64,000 bases of DNA from Desulfatiglandales bacterium (GTDB lineage: Bacteria > Desulfobacterota > DSM-4660 > Desulfatiglandales > Desulfatiglandaceae), in NCBI GenBank assembly GCA_963662465.1, contig OY759599.1, positions 1 to 64,000 on the forward strand, read 5' to 3'. Within the stretch, counting starts at the first letter, position 1, and the number at the start of each line of letters is the position of its first letter. Positions 29,026 through 39,006 of the stretch are shown piece by piece. The translations under genes and the position numbers were made by a program. The notes under the pieces were generated by a model, which was not told where the DNA came from, made no database searches, and worked only from the letters and a program-made list of their open reading frames with translations.

Positions 29026-29145
29026 AAAAATCCTCCAATCAATCTGGCTGTGAATTTAGATTCGTTTTTGCAGGAATTTTATTAGGTCGGAATTACGAAA
29101 AAATTACTAGAAGTGATGTAACTCATTGAATTTAATGGAGACCGC

Positions 29146-29172
29146 CGGGTTCGACTCCCGCCGCCTCCACCA
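29146..29172 (+). other. att site: displaced tmRNA (ssrA) 3' end
   Basis: CGGGTTCGACTCCCGCCGCCTCCACCA without upstream gene body; IHF consensus TATCAATAGGTTG at 29189-29201; TTGTG(C/T)C(C/T) x3 at 29231-29261. Confidence 0.85.
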
Positions 29173-29259
29173 ATAATATTTCAAGCAATATCAATAGGTT
29201 GAGTCAATAAGGCAACCCCGAAATAGGCGATTGTGCCCAAAATTGTGCCTATTTTGTGT

Positions 29260-30564
29260 CTAAATCGGTTGTCTTTTTTCATTGGCGGCCTCCATATACT
29301 GTCTCTCAAAGGCGGAACCGTCTTGCCTTGTGAGGTTGGGGATATAGCGGCCATACGTTCTGTAGACCATGGAAGTGTCGACGTGCCCCAGGGTTCTGGC
29401 TACCCACTCCGGTGTTTCACCGGCCGCCAGCGCCCAGGATGCAAAGGTGTGTCGGGTTTCATACATACGTCGGTATCTAATGTCCGTTTTCTTCAAAACC
29501 CTTGCCCATACTTCCCTGAGCTTATCCTGGAGGATCGGCCTTCCCTCCGTATTTACGAACACATACGGGCTATCAAGGTAATGATTTAGTGCCCTTTGCT
29601 GCTTCAAACATTTCTTAATGCTCGGCCTGATTTTGATACTCCGTCTGCTTTCTTCGGTCTTAAGGTCAGACTTTTCTCTGTTGCGCACCCTGCTTAACTC
29701 AATATGGATATACTCATTATCAATTGCTTTCCATTTGAGTGCAACCTGCTCAGAAGGCCTGAGGCCTGTTTGAATCGCGAAATCGAAGTAGGGTTTGTAC
29801 CAGGGCAGCATGATTTTCATGACCGTTTCCCACTCCTCAAAGCTGAAGGGAAATATCCTGATTTTCCTCACTTTCGGGAGCTTGAGCCTTGAAAATGGAT
29901 CCGGAAGATCGGTCCAGCCGTATTCATCTATCGCATCTCTTACGATTATCCGCAACGGGATCATGACATTCTGAATTGTCTTTCCCGAAATGGGCTGTCC
30001 GTACCGGTTTTTCTTGCTCTTGAGATTCGCGACAAATTTTTTCATCCCAACCTTCGAGCAGATCTCCTTAAAAGATGTATCTTTAAAGTAGGGGAGATGG
30101 TGCATTTTGAGAATGGTGGTGTAGTCTTTGACTTGACTGAAATTCATCCCTGGTTCCATTTCATCCCACCACTTCTTTACATATTCCCCAAATAGCACCT
30201 CATCAGGGTCCTTTACGACGTTCTTTCCTTCCAGTATGGCAAAATACGCTTTCTTTTTGCTGCAAGGAAACCTTTCCGAAAATTCAAATACACCATTTTC
30301 AATTTCGGCTACTACGAGATCAAGCTGCTTACGAACGATATTTCGATTGGATGAGGTGTCTTTCAGACCGGACGGTTCGCGTACACGTTCATCCAGATAC
30401 CGGAAATCCACCCACAATTTTCCACTACGGCTATAAACCCTTCCTTTTTTTCCCGCATTTAGCAGACTACGCTTTCTCTTTTTCTCTTCATCCGTGCGGT
30501 AACGGGATATTTCGATGACTTTTAATCTTTCCACAAAAAGCCCCCTTTCCGCTTCTTCAACCAC
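29260..30564 (-). CDS. Tyrosine integrase with N-terminal arm-binding domain
   Basis: TGLRPSE, LKT, YETRHTFAS, LGH....MV...Y. Confidence 0.95.
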   Translation of the reverse strand: MVEEAERGLFVERLKVIEISRYRTDEEKKRKRSLLNAGKKGRVYSRSGKLWVDFRYLDERVREPSGLKDTSSNRNIVRKQLDLVVAEIENGVFEFSERFPCSKKKAYFAILEGKNVVKDPDEVLFGEYVKKWWDEMEPGMNFSQVKDYTTILKMHHLPYFKDTSFKEICSKVGMKKFVANLKSKKNRYGQPISGKTIQNVMIPLRIIVRDAIDEYGWTDLPDPFSRLKLPKVRKIRIFPFSFEEWETVMKIMLPWYKPYFDFAIQTGLRPSEQVALKWKAIDNEYIHIELSRVRNREKSDLKTEESRRSIKIRPSIKKCLKQQRALNHYLDSPYVFVNTEGRPILQDKLREVWARVLKKTDIRYRRMYETRHTFASWALAAGETPEWVARTLGHVDTSMVYRTYGRYIPNLTRQDGSAFERQYMEAANEKRQPI

Positions 30565-30634
30565 CTCCTTTCTGTCCGGATATCACCATAACATGGCTAA
30601 CACGAACCGGAAGAGGAGGTCAATAGAATAGAGG

Positions 30635-30862
30635 TCATATGTTTATCAAACCCTTTGGGCGATTGTCTGATCGAGGGTAACCACCGGAATTGCGGTGCAA
30701 CCATTGTTGAACTTCGCTCCATACAAAAAGAAGTTTTCTGGATGTAGGCTTAAGATAATGGACATTCTTTTTGAGTTCATTTTTCCAAACGAGATTCCGG
30801 ATGGTACCGGGTGCCATCTTTATACGTTCGCTGAGTTCGACTGTGGTAAGATACTCTTCCAT
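30635..30862 (-). CDS. Excisionase-like HTH
   Basis: YLT..ELS.RIK....TIRN...HY.KP..RK.LF.W; upstream of integrase. Confidence 0.8.
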   Translation of the reverse strand: MEEYLTTVELSERIKMAPGTIRNLVWKNELKKNVHYLKPTSRKLLFVWSEVQQWLHRNSGGYPRSDNRPKGLINI

Positions 30863-30874
30863 TCCGATGCCTTT

Positions 30875-31951
30875 CTATGAAGAACTGTGTTTACGACCAT
30901 TAGATTGGATCAGTGCCCGAGGATCTTCCTCAGAAGAAATCTGCTTTTTGCTATCCTTCCATTGCCTAACTGAACAGAATACTTCACAAAAAGGCTCTAT
31001 GGCTGCACTGCTACAACCATACCCTGAATATGAACTTTTAAAGGCATATGATGTCTGGGCCAAGATCTCCGACTCATGGATGACCTCTTTTCCATTGATA
31101 GGTCTGTTCTTCAATGCCCATGTCTTAAGCGCCGCTACTGCCATATCGTAGGGCAGACCCAGTCTCTTTAGATGTACTGCAAGCCTAAAACACCCAACCC
31201 TCTGGTATTGGGAAACGCCGTCCTTAAGAATCCTGACCGCACAAGGCGGAAGAGCGAATGTGCCCTCACCGGTCTTTTGTGAGGAGTGCTCCGAAGACAA
31301 GACCTCTTTTTTGGCCGATAGCTCGTTGAGCTCAATTACCTCATCCAGAACCCGTTCACTGGATCGCTCTACCGATTCAAGAAAGCTCCACTGGTCAGGG
31401 TATGGGCTAAACTCTGCGGGTTCTACAAAAGCGGTTTTCCCTTGGAGGACGAGCGGGCCGAACAAAGGGGCATTAATGAAATTGCCGTAGCGCATATCAC
31501 CGCCCAGTTTGTCCTGCTTGGGGAATATCTCTGTTTGGGGCAGTTCGATTTCTTCGAGAATATGTTGCGCTACCATCCGTGCTTTGAGTGCCTGAACTCC
31601 ATTTTCATCAAAAAAGATCCATACATGGTAGCCTTTCGATTTGCTGGCCTCGACATAGGCGGAAAGCCCATAATGCTTCGCCCTGCCGACAAATTCCGAT
31701 GGTGCGGTACGGTCTTTTGTATCAAAATCAACGGCGATGGCTCGGGTTCGATCCTTGACCAGGAGGTACACTCCGTACGGTTGTTTCCCGGTAAGATGGG
31801 CCAGAAGCACCTCGTTCGTAACCGGTTCTTTCACCTGTCTTGCCCGGGCGGTTTTGAGATCATATGTTCCGTAGACGTTGCTAAGCCCGGAAAAACACGA
31901 TCTGAAAATCGCCACCTTTTCTGTGTTCGTCCTTTTGCTGGTTGTGTCCAT
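30875..31951 (-). CDS. Archaeo-eukaryotic primase (TOTE-type) with PriL-like Cys domain
   Basis: HL.G...GVY, VDFD, SKSKGYHVW.FF, EIFPKQ, GNFIN.PL; LPPC..GC..FC...C. Confidence 0.8.
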   Translation of the reverse strand: MDTTSKRTNTEKVAIFRSCFSGLSNVYGTYDLKTARARQVKEPVTNEVLLAHLTGKQPYGVYLLVKDRTRAIAVDFDTKDRTAPSEFVGRAKHYGLSAYVEASKSKGYHVWIFFDENGVQALKARMVAQHILEEIELPQTEIFPKQDKLGGDMRYGNFINAPLFGPLVLQGKTAFVEPAEFSPYPDQWSFLESVERSSERVLDEVIELNELSAKKEVLSSEHSSQKTGEGTFALPPCAVRILKDGVSQYQRVGCFRLAVHLKRLGLPYDMAVAALKTWALKNRPINGKEVIHESEILAQTSYAFKSSYSGYGCSSAAIEPFCEVFCSVRQWKDSKKQISSEEDPRALIQSNGRKHSSS

Positions 31952-32052
31952 TTTCTCCTCCGCTCAGTGAAAAGGCCTGAACGAACCTCCCTAACAGGAA
32001 GGTTCAAAGCTTTCACCACATTAAGCGGATGAAAAAAGGGATGCATTTCACC

Positions 32053-32652
32053 CTAAAGAGAGTTTTTAATGAAATACCATAAATGATGTGCCAGTCGGGA
32101 TGGATTCAAGGCGAGCAAATCAGGGGGAAAGAATTCTGTATTTCGTTTCCGATAAACAGCCGCGATACGCAGTTTGGCATTCCAGTCCAGTTGGTCAACA
32201 TTGTCGATGAAAACCCACTCCATATACTTTTCCCTCTCAACCTCCTTTATGGATTCTGCCAATCGGGACAATATCAGCTCCATTCCCTCCAGTTTGGTGT
32301 CAGAGGCATCCATGAGCGCCACATCATAACCATCGTCGTGAGCGCCCGGGTAATTTTTTCTGAGCAGGGAAACGGCCTCGGCAAGGGCCTCTTCGGTGGA
32401 AAGGTGTCGGGGAAGGCGAAGCCCGGTCTTGTAGACGTGGGAAACAAACCTGCCGATTATTCTATTGAAGTCACAATGGGAACAACCTTCTTCGGTCTCC
32501 CATCGAAATGCCTGTGCCGCCTGATCGATGGGGTCATCAATTTCATTAGCCATCTGTTTTCCATCGAGGAGCATCATGATGGCATCGATGGCCTTGTCTG
32601 CCGAATGATCGGTATCAGAACTCCTCATAGGTGAACTCCTCGGGTGCTTCAC
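32053..32652 (-). CDS. Hypothetical protein, paralogous domain copy 1
   Basis: Aligns by eye with C-terminus of 34834-36486 and N-terminus of 32615-34810. Confidence 0.65.
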   Translation of the reverse strand: MKHPRSSPMRSSDTDHSADKAIDAIMMLLDGKQMANEIDDPIDQAAQAFRWETEEGCSHCDFNRIIGRFVSHVYKTGLRLPRHLSTEEALAEAVSLLRKNYPGAHDDGYDVALMDASDTKLEGMELILSRLAESIKEVEREKYMEWVFIDNVDQLDWNAKLRIAAVYRKRNTEFFPPDLLALNPSRLAHHLWYFIKNSL

Positions 32653-34810
32653 TTTGGACAGGGGTCAAAGGACTATGGTGGAGATCCCAACGCCGGTTCC
32701 TTTGCCGGATGAGATCACGGACCACATGCACCGGTTTGTAATATTGCCTGTAGGAGCGCTCTATAATGGCATCTCTAAAATGTCGCTCGGGAATTTCCAG
32801 AGGGCCGGACAACTCCACCTTTACGATGTCTATTCCGATACGGGCGACTGCCTGGCCAAGTTTTAGATTTACGAGGTCATCGCTTCGAACAAGGCCGTTA
32901 AGGTCCTTGGTCAAATAGCGGGCATCTTTACCGTCCACATTCATGATGATGGTCGTACCCACGCTGGATAAGGCGTCAATCTTCTTGGTGCCAAACTGGC
33001 TGAGGTAATGATGGGCCAAGGTAAGGCTGGCATTGAATTTTCTCGTCTCGGAAATGAGGTCTTCCATTGCGGGGGTCAGGAAGCGATGGGCCTCATCTAC
33101 ATGAAGAAAAAACTGTTTACGTTCTTTTTCCTTGGTGTCACTCCGGCCCAAGGCGGCAAGATGGAAAAGCGATAAAATAAAACACCCCAGTATCTCCCGG
33201 ACTTCTGAGCCTATGGTGGAAAGGTCTACCAGAAAAATCATTCCTTCGTCCATGATCCGACGAAAATCGATGACGTTCTCCGGCTGGGACAGCATCAGGG
33301 CGACCGTGCCGGAGACGAGAAGCTTGCTCAGTTTATGTTTTGGAGGGCCAAGGGCCTCGTTGGAATAATTCAGGAAATCCTCTTGCCAGAATCGGAGGGC
33401 GGTCTGGTTATCCACCACCTTGATGATCTCTTTGCGGAGCCGCTCGCTCTCTTCGCTCCCGCGGCGAAGAAGGTCAGACAGATCCAAAAGAGTGCTGCCG
33501 GGTAGCTGAAGAAGGGCATAGAGGCCGTGCCTGAGCAGGTGCTCTAATCGATCCCCCCATCCCGTAACCACGCTCTTGAACGCAGCCACAATGTCATCTG
33601 CGGTACGGGTTACATCCTGCCCGCGATTTCTCTTGAGACAGTTCCACAAAGGAACATGATCATGGTTTCCGGGATCAAAGTAGATCGTTTTTTCAACATG
33701 CTCTTCCTTTATCAGGCAAAGAAGATCTTCAATAAGGTCTCCATGGGGATCCAGCACGGCCACACCCATCCCCTTGTCAATGTCGTCTAATATCATTCGA
33801 GCCATGGTGGTGGATTTGGCGGTTCCGGGCCTGCCAATGATGTGGGTGGAACGGGAACGAGACATAAGGGGCATGCAGACCGGGGATTCAACCCCCGCAT
33901 ACTCGCATGTTCCGATAAGCGTGCCCTTATGGAGAGCGATATTTCGTACAGGGAGCGTTTCAAGGATGTCCATCGGCGCTTCCCGATATTCCAGGATTCC
34001 AACCGGAGGAATGTGTACAAGTCCGGCAAGCTCTGCAGAGTTGACAAGGAAGCCGGGACGATACGTCACGCCCAAGAGAAACATATCCATGATCCTTTCA
34101 CTGGAGATAACCCTGCGGTATTGTGTATCGGTGATGGATTCAAGGGGACGACCGCCGTGCTGGAATACGCTCAAAAATGTAGAGATTGCCTTGAGATAGA
34201 AATCCCCAAATTCCTTCCCTGATATCATTCCCACTCGGATCGCAGCAGAATAGAAGGGTTTATCGTTGTGGGCTTTACATTCAACATCCTTGGCCATTTC
34301 CCGCAAATCCCCGGATGGCGCCTGCTGAAGGTGTTTTTGAGGGGTCTGAAGGCCGTTTAACAACTTGAGTGAATATTCCAGATCCAGAAGACTTTCCACA
34401 TTCTGGTGCCAGCAGTGCTCAGGCCTGACGGGTTGCAGGAGTGCTTGATAAAATCCAATCCCCGGAGGTTTTATTTCCATGAGGGCGGCGATCAGCGGTT
34501 TATAAGAGGAAACCTGGATTTCATCCGGTTGTGTAAGAATGATGTTTCCACCCTGACGTCTATATTCTTTCTCTAATATTTCCTTTGCCCGTCCCGCGGC
34601 CTCGGTGCGGGACATAACTCCCCCATGTACCACACACAGGCTGAAGTGGTAGCTGAAATAGTCGGCAATCACGTTGGTAAACTCGTCAAAATCTCCGACC
34701 GTGTTCTTGCTGAGAGAGAAATGCACGCGCGCTTCGTCGTGAGAATTCGTGACATTCTTGGCAATTGCCAGCTCATCCAATGCTGCCACAAGGCTTTCCA
34801 ATGATCCCAT
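32615..34810 (-). CDS. HerA/VirD4(TraD)-like ATPase with N-terminal paralog domain
   Basis: THIIGRPGTAKST, VLDPHGDL, LHVDEAHRF, E.RKF...L.LAH..LSQ. Confidence 0.85.
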   Translation of the reverse strand: MGSLESLVAALDELAIAKNVTNSHDEARVHFSLSKNTVGDFDEFTNVIADYFSYHFSLCVVHGGVMSRTEAAGRAKEILEKEYRRQGGNIILTQPDEIQVSSYKPLIAALMEIKPPGIGFYQALLQPVRPEHCWHQNVESLLDLEYSLKLLNGLQTPQKHLQQAPSGDLREMAKDVECKAHNDKPFYSAAIRVGMISGKEFGDFYLKAISTFLSVFQHGGRPLESITDTQYRRVISSERIMDMFLLGVTYRPGFLVNSAELAGLVHIPPVGILEYREAPMDILETLPVRNIALHKGTLIGTCEYAGVESPVCMPLMSRSRSTHIIGRPGTAKSTTMARMILDDIDKGMGVAVLDPHGDLIEDLLCLIKEEHVEKTIYFDPGNHDHVPLWNCLKRNRGQDVTRTADDIVAAFKSVVTGWGDRLEHLLRHGLYALLQLPGSTLLDLSDLLRRGSEESERLRKEIIKVVDNQTALRFWQEDFLNYSNEALGPPKHKLSKLLVSGTVALMLSQPENVIDFRRIMDEGMIFLVDLSTIGSEVREILGCFILSLFHLAALGRSDTKEKERKQFFLHVDEAHRFLTPAMEDLISETRKFNASLTLAHHYLSQFGTKKIDALSSVGTTIIMNVDGKDARYLTKDLNGLVRSDDLVNLKLGQAVARIGIDIVKVELSGPLEIPERHFRDAIIERSYRQYYKPVHVVRDLIRQRNRRWDLHHSPLTPVQSEAPEEFTYEEF

Positions 34811-34833
34811 GTATCCCCCCCTTTTTTATGTCC

Positions 34834-36486
34834 TTAGAGTGTTTTCAGCAGTTCCGAAACCCTGTCTAACGATTCCATATAGTAGAGTATAACCTCTTCC
34901 CAATGGAACGAAAGCTGTTCTGGCGATTTCCCCCTGAGGTCGACTGGCAGTTGCGGCCCTATCCGTTCCATAAAGACCTTCATTAACCTGATTTTTGCAT
35001 CCTGGTCAAGAGGGTCTATTGAAACTTTGAGCACCATACCAGTGTGGTTTTTCATTTTCTCGTGCTTCAAGTGTTCCGTCATGGAGTCAAACACCAGGCG
35101 CATTCCCCCGTTAATGCCGTGCTTTCCCTCTGCCAGTGCGGCATTGTACCCTCCTTTGCGTGCAAAAGCGGCTCTTACCAGTTCAATTGCCTCAGAAGCA
35201 AGAGCACTCCTCTTGAGGCTCCCTTCAGGCGAGCCGATGTGCCGGAAAATATGGCCATAAAAGGAGGTAATTGCATCGTTGAATGTGAAGCCGTCTTTGA
35301 CCGTAACGGAATCAGGGGCATAACTGCCCCGGGCATTGTCGAAAGGGTGCCCGATCTTTTTGGCCAGGTTTTCTTTGCTTAGTTCTGCCAGGAGCCTTTC
35401 AAAAAGCGCGTTTTCCGTGTCATGTTCATGCGATTCGGCGGCGCTGGCTGCATTGATTGCAAAAGGCCGCTCGCCAAAACCGTCACCAAACAAGGCCTTG
35501 TAGAGCTTCCGAACATCCTCTATATCATTTTTTTTGGCATGTTGTGTCAGCTGGATACAAAACTCAGGTGAAACCAGTGGAAACAGGTCATCTAACGTTC
35601 GTGTGGAGGGAGGCAGGGAAACAACCAGTCGAAATAGTTGTTCACCGAAACGCTCGGGATAGCTCTGATTTTTGAGGTGAAAATCAACGTAGGCTTGGAG
35701 CAGCAGCCGGCCATTTTCGACCATACGATTCATAAGGGACCGCCCCAGGGCATCCCAGAACCTCTTTTCGTTTCCCTCAACAAACATGCCAACTGTCCTG
35801 CCTATGGGGTCTTGGGCCTCTCCGGGAGGGGTCTTCAAACCAAAAAAACCGGTCTTTAAGCTGCCGAGCACAATGGATGAATCTGTGGCGAAAATCCTCA
35901 AGGCATCGGACACATCACCCAAGGGGTAGATCTTTAAATCTCCTTTGTGACGGAGCAGACTCTCTTTTGCGGATTGATATTCAATTGGCGTCAGGACCTG
36001 TAAGGATCGGTCCATTTCAAGTTCCGGAAAGGCCTCGGCCTCCTTTTTAATGCGCTCATATTCCGCATTCCAATGGGGAATGCTCCTGAATGTGCTTATC
36101 AGGGTTTCCTCCTGTTCTTCATTGCCTGTGAACGTATCGGTGGCCAGATCATAGAGTAAACCGTAGATTACGTCCCTGATTTGTTGTATCCCCTGGTCGG
36201 CCCTTACACCGGATGGTTTGAGAGCGGCCCTGGTAAATTCCATGAACTGGCGAAAACCTTCTAAATATTCCGGTTGGCTGCCGAGTTCTCTGATCTCCTC
36301 GAAAGCGTCATCCATTGCGTCTCTTGTATTTACGTTGTTAAGGGCACGAGCAATTATCGGAATAAAGTACAAATCCTTGTTATTTGTCATTCCCTGAGCC
36401 CCTTTCACGTTCAATAAGATCCAGTACCTCTTCCAAACCGCCTGCAACACCGGAAGAGAGAACTGTTTCCACACCGTATCCACCAT
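34834..36486 (-). CDS. Hypothetical protein with C-terminal paralog domain (true start may be MTNNKDLY)
   Basis: Long ORF co-oriented with the element; C-terminal ~190 aa paralogous to 32053-32652. Confidence 0.6.
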   Translation of the reverse strand: MVDTVWKQFSLPVLQAVWKRYWILLNVKGAQGMTNNKDLYFIPIIARALNNVNTRDAMDDAFEEIRELGSQPEYLEGFRQFMEFTRAALKPSGVRADQGIQQIRDVIYGLLYDLATDTFTGNEEQEETLISTFRSIPHWNAEYERIKKEAEAFPELEMDRSLQVLTPIEYQSAKESLLRHKGDLKIYPLGDVSDALRIFATDSSIVLGSLKTGFFGLKTPPGEAQDPIGRTVGMFVEGNEKRFWDALGRSLMNRMVENGRLLLQAYVDFHLKNQSYPERFGEQLFRLVVSLPPSTRTLDDLFPLVSPEFCIQLTQHAKKNDIEDVRKLYKALFGDGFGERPFAINAASAAESHEHDTENALFERLLAELSKENLAKKIGHPFDNARGSYAPDSVTVKDGFTFNDAITSFYGHIFRHIGSPEGSLKRSALASEAIELVRAAFARKGGYNAALAEGKHGINGGMRLVFDSMTEHLKHEKMKNHTGMVLKVSIDPLDQDAKIRLMKVFMERIGPQLPVDLRGKSPEQLSFHWEEVILYYMESLDRVSELLKTL

Positions 36487-36587
36487 CTTACAGAGAGAGG
36501 CCTATATCGGGACCATGGTCTACAACAAGGTCAGCAAGGTCCCGGGCACCGAAAAAAGAAAGAGAAATCCGGAATCAGAATGGGTGA
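36470..36587 (+). pseudogene. Large serine recombinase fragment
   Basis: Frame reading TILQREAYIGTMVYNK...RKRNPESEWV resembles the IL.N..Y.G..YN...EW recombinase motif. Confidence 0.5.
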
Positions 36588-36692
36588 ATGGGATTGTTTA
36601 CGAATCAACCTCCGGAGGATTGTTTCGCACGAAAAATTCAGGGGCCTGAATTGTTAGTGCAACAACAAAAAAATAACCGCGTAATCTGTGAA

Positions 36693-37042
36693 ATGCGCCT
36701 GTCGGAGATGCCGCTAAGCGGTGCCCCGTTAAATTGGTGGAACCACAGCGTATTTATCTGGGGTGCCAAGAAAAGCATCAAGAGGGCAATGGCCGCTGAG
36801 TGCAGCCGGAAACTGGGCTGTAAGGCCAAGCAGGAAACCCAACGACGATGTCGACCTCTAAAAGATGGTGAAAGCCTTTAAGCAGGATTGCAGAAAATGG
36901 GCGATGGACCTTCTTTAACAACAGCGGAATCGGGATTCCCTGTGCATGCCTTACGACAAGAGTATCGGGAGAGCCGTACAGTGGAAATCTCTACCTACGG
37001 TTCGACGAGGACCTCGGGATTAAACCCCCGAGGTTACTCTAC
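36693..37042 (+). ncRNA. Degenerate ORF-less group II intron (5' end approximate)
   Basis: Domain V GAGCCGTA..GAAA..TACGGTTC at 36971-37003, domain VI hairpin ending CTCTAC, candidate 5' ATGCG. Confidence 0.7.
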
Positions 37043-37526
37043 CGGTTCACACAACTAAATCCCTTTTTGCTTCTACCTGCCCCGTGAAACCGTTGTTGCA
37101 GTTGTTTCACTGGGGTTTAACCGGGGTGCCAGAAACCCCTTGTCGTTAATAACCGGGTACAGACCTCAACATAACAACCACCAAGAGTCAACGGCAGATT
37201 TGACCCCATGCCCTTTGATGCACATCCCAAGGTCACTGAAGGTGTAAAACCACGACCCGGCATCGAGTGGCAGGTGACTTCAATATAAGGACGTTATAAC
37301 CAACACCCAAATAACGGCAATAAGGAAGGCCTGACCCCATCATCACAACCCTCTAACGCATCCAAATCCGTGTAACCCAAAGGGCGGAGCTGTCTTCAAG
37401 ATTTGACTGCAAAACAAAACCAAAAACCGTGTCATCCGTGAAATCCGCGCCAAAAAAACTAAAGAAACCACCAACGTCCCCTGCACCAATTTGTGTTTCC
37501 GCTTTTCACATATGAGGTAACCAGTC

Positions 37527-37751
37527 ATGAAAAGTCGCATCTTTGATAAACATTTTCCGACGATTCTTGGGGCAGGCAGTGTAATGGAAATCTGGCCAAC
37601 GGAAAATTATGATCGTTATATGCCAGACCCTATTCCGGCAAATAGCCTCAAGGGATATTGGATGAACGTTAACTCGTACGTGTGCAAAGGCATTGTGCAA
37701 TATGAGTTGGATTGCCATACCAGACTAGCCGAAAGTCTAAATGATGAATAA
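37527..37751 (+). CDS. Small hypothetical protein
   Basis: GAGG RBS; G.GSV.EI.P...W..V motif. Confidence 0.45.
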   Translation: MKSRIFDKHFPTILGAGSVMEIWPTENYDRYMPDPIPANSLKGYWMNVNSYVCKGIVQYELDCHTRLAESLNDE

Positions 37752-38043
37752 TAAGCGAAGCCTGACCCCCTAATTTTATGGTCTCGTCCCCCTACCTTTC
37801 CGAATACGAACTGAAGAAGAGGGAGTTTAGGGATCGTACGAAAAGGTACGCTTCGGCTGTTAGTGCCAACGTTCCCCATTACTCCCCAAATGACAAAGAG
37901 AGCAAAATACCCTCAGTCCATGAGAAATGCAGTTGCGTAGCAACGTCCCCCATTCCACAGACCTCAGGAAATTGGGAACCGCTATAAAAATCTGTTGTCA
38001 TTTTGGCGTCATTAATTTATCCTGTTTGTAAAGAAGGAGGTGT

Positions 38044-38334
38044 ATGATGACGCTGAACAAAACAGAAGAAAGAATTCCTGCCCGAATGCCCCATGAGGTT
38101 TACGAGCGAATTGTTGCGGCTGCCCATACTGTCGGAGCCACACTGAACCAGTTTCTTGTTCAGGCGGCTATTGACAAAGCGAATGAAATTCTGGAAAGGG
38201 AGCGCATTATTTCTCTTACTTCAAAAGACGCAGATACGCTTTTTCATCTGATCGATAATCCGCCTGAACCGAATGATCATCTCAAAGCAATTATGAATCA
38301 GAGAGAGGCAGAGGCGCTTTTGTGCCGGAAATAG
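38044..38334 (+). CDS. DUF1778/TacA antitoxin
   Basis: ERI.AR....AA...G.TLNQF...AA...A..I....L...D...L.NPP.PN. Confidence 0.88.
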   Translation: MMTLNKTEERIPARMPHEVYERIVAAAHTVGATLNQFLVQAAIDKANEILERERIISLTSKDADTLFHLIDNPPEPNDHLKAIMNQREAEALLCRK

Positions 38335-38825
38335 GTTCTCTTTTTCGCCATCATGACCGGGCCGGATTTGATTGCGGAGTTCCAGCACTGAACGGTTTTC
38401 TCAAGTTCACGGCCAGGCAGCATGGTGATAAAGGGATTTCACGCACATTTGTTTTAACCGGGCCGGAAAACCCATCCATCATTCTGGGCTATTTTACACT
38501 GACACTCTGTGAAGTCAAAACAGAACATCTTCCAGCCTTATATGCCAGGAAATTTCCGAAACACGGGCTTCCAGCCGTTCGACTGGCCCGCCTGGCCGTT
38601 GACACGCGATTTCAGGGTCGTGGATATGGTGGACGTCTTCTTGCCGAAGCGATCCATCGGACGGTTTTGATTGCGGAACATGCAGGCGTGATTGGACTGT
38701 TTGTGGATGCGAAAGATGAAACTGCCTGTCTGTTTTATCAACGGTATGATTTTAAGTCTCTTCCGGACAATATCCGGAAATTGTTTCTGCCGATTGAAAC
38801 CCTACGAAAAGGGTCCCTGCGATAA
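38322..38825 (+). CDS. GNAT toxin (TacT/AtaT family)
   Basis: HDR..FDCG...LN.FL, LARLAVD...QG.G.G, VDAK.E.A..FY..Y. Confidence 0.9.
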   Translation: MPEIGSLFRHHDRAGFDCGVPALNGFLKFTARQHGDKGISRTFVLTGPENPSIILGYFTLTLCEVKTEHLPALYARKFPKHGLPAVRLARLAVDTRFQGRGYGGRLLAEAIHRTVLIAEHAGVIGLFVDAKDETACLFYQRYDFKSLPDNIRKLFLPIETLRKGSLR

Positions 38826-38844
38826 CTTCAAAAAGAAGGACCCG

Positions 38845-39006
38845 GAAGCCATCAGGAAGAACCCGGAAAAGTTCCCGGCAGATTTTATATTCGAGTTGAA
38901 CGAAAAGGAACAGGATTTTTTAAGGTCGAAAATTTCGACCATAAAGACAGGAAGGGGCAAGCACGGAAAATTTGCCACAAAGGCTTTCGCGGAACAAGGC
39001 ATTTGA
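38845..39006 (+). pseudogene. ORF6N-domain fragment
   Basis: AIRKNPEKFPADFIFEL...LRSKIST...GRG.H....AF.EQG. Confidence 0.65.

Larger units (their letters stand above)
1..29135 (-). mobile_element. Lambda-like (siphovirus) prophage, left end outside window
   Basis: Co-oriented terminase GpA, gpW, lambda portal, S49 protease, decoration, capsid E, tail and tape measure genes plus primase/helicase. Confidence 0.95.
29146..36590 (-). mobile_element. Integrative element (IME/genomic island), right end unclear
   Basis: att-integrase-excisionase-primase-ATPase in one orientation. Confidence 0.75.

Noticed and set aside
29041..29172. Complete tmRNA or tRNA gene
   Set aside because: Only the T-arm and acceptor 3' strand are present; upstream DNA is AT-rich with no matching 5' end
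36588..36881. 97-aa ORF as intron-encoded reverse transcriptase, retron or DGR
   Set aside because: No YADD or other RT motif; it overlaps the intron RNA domains
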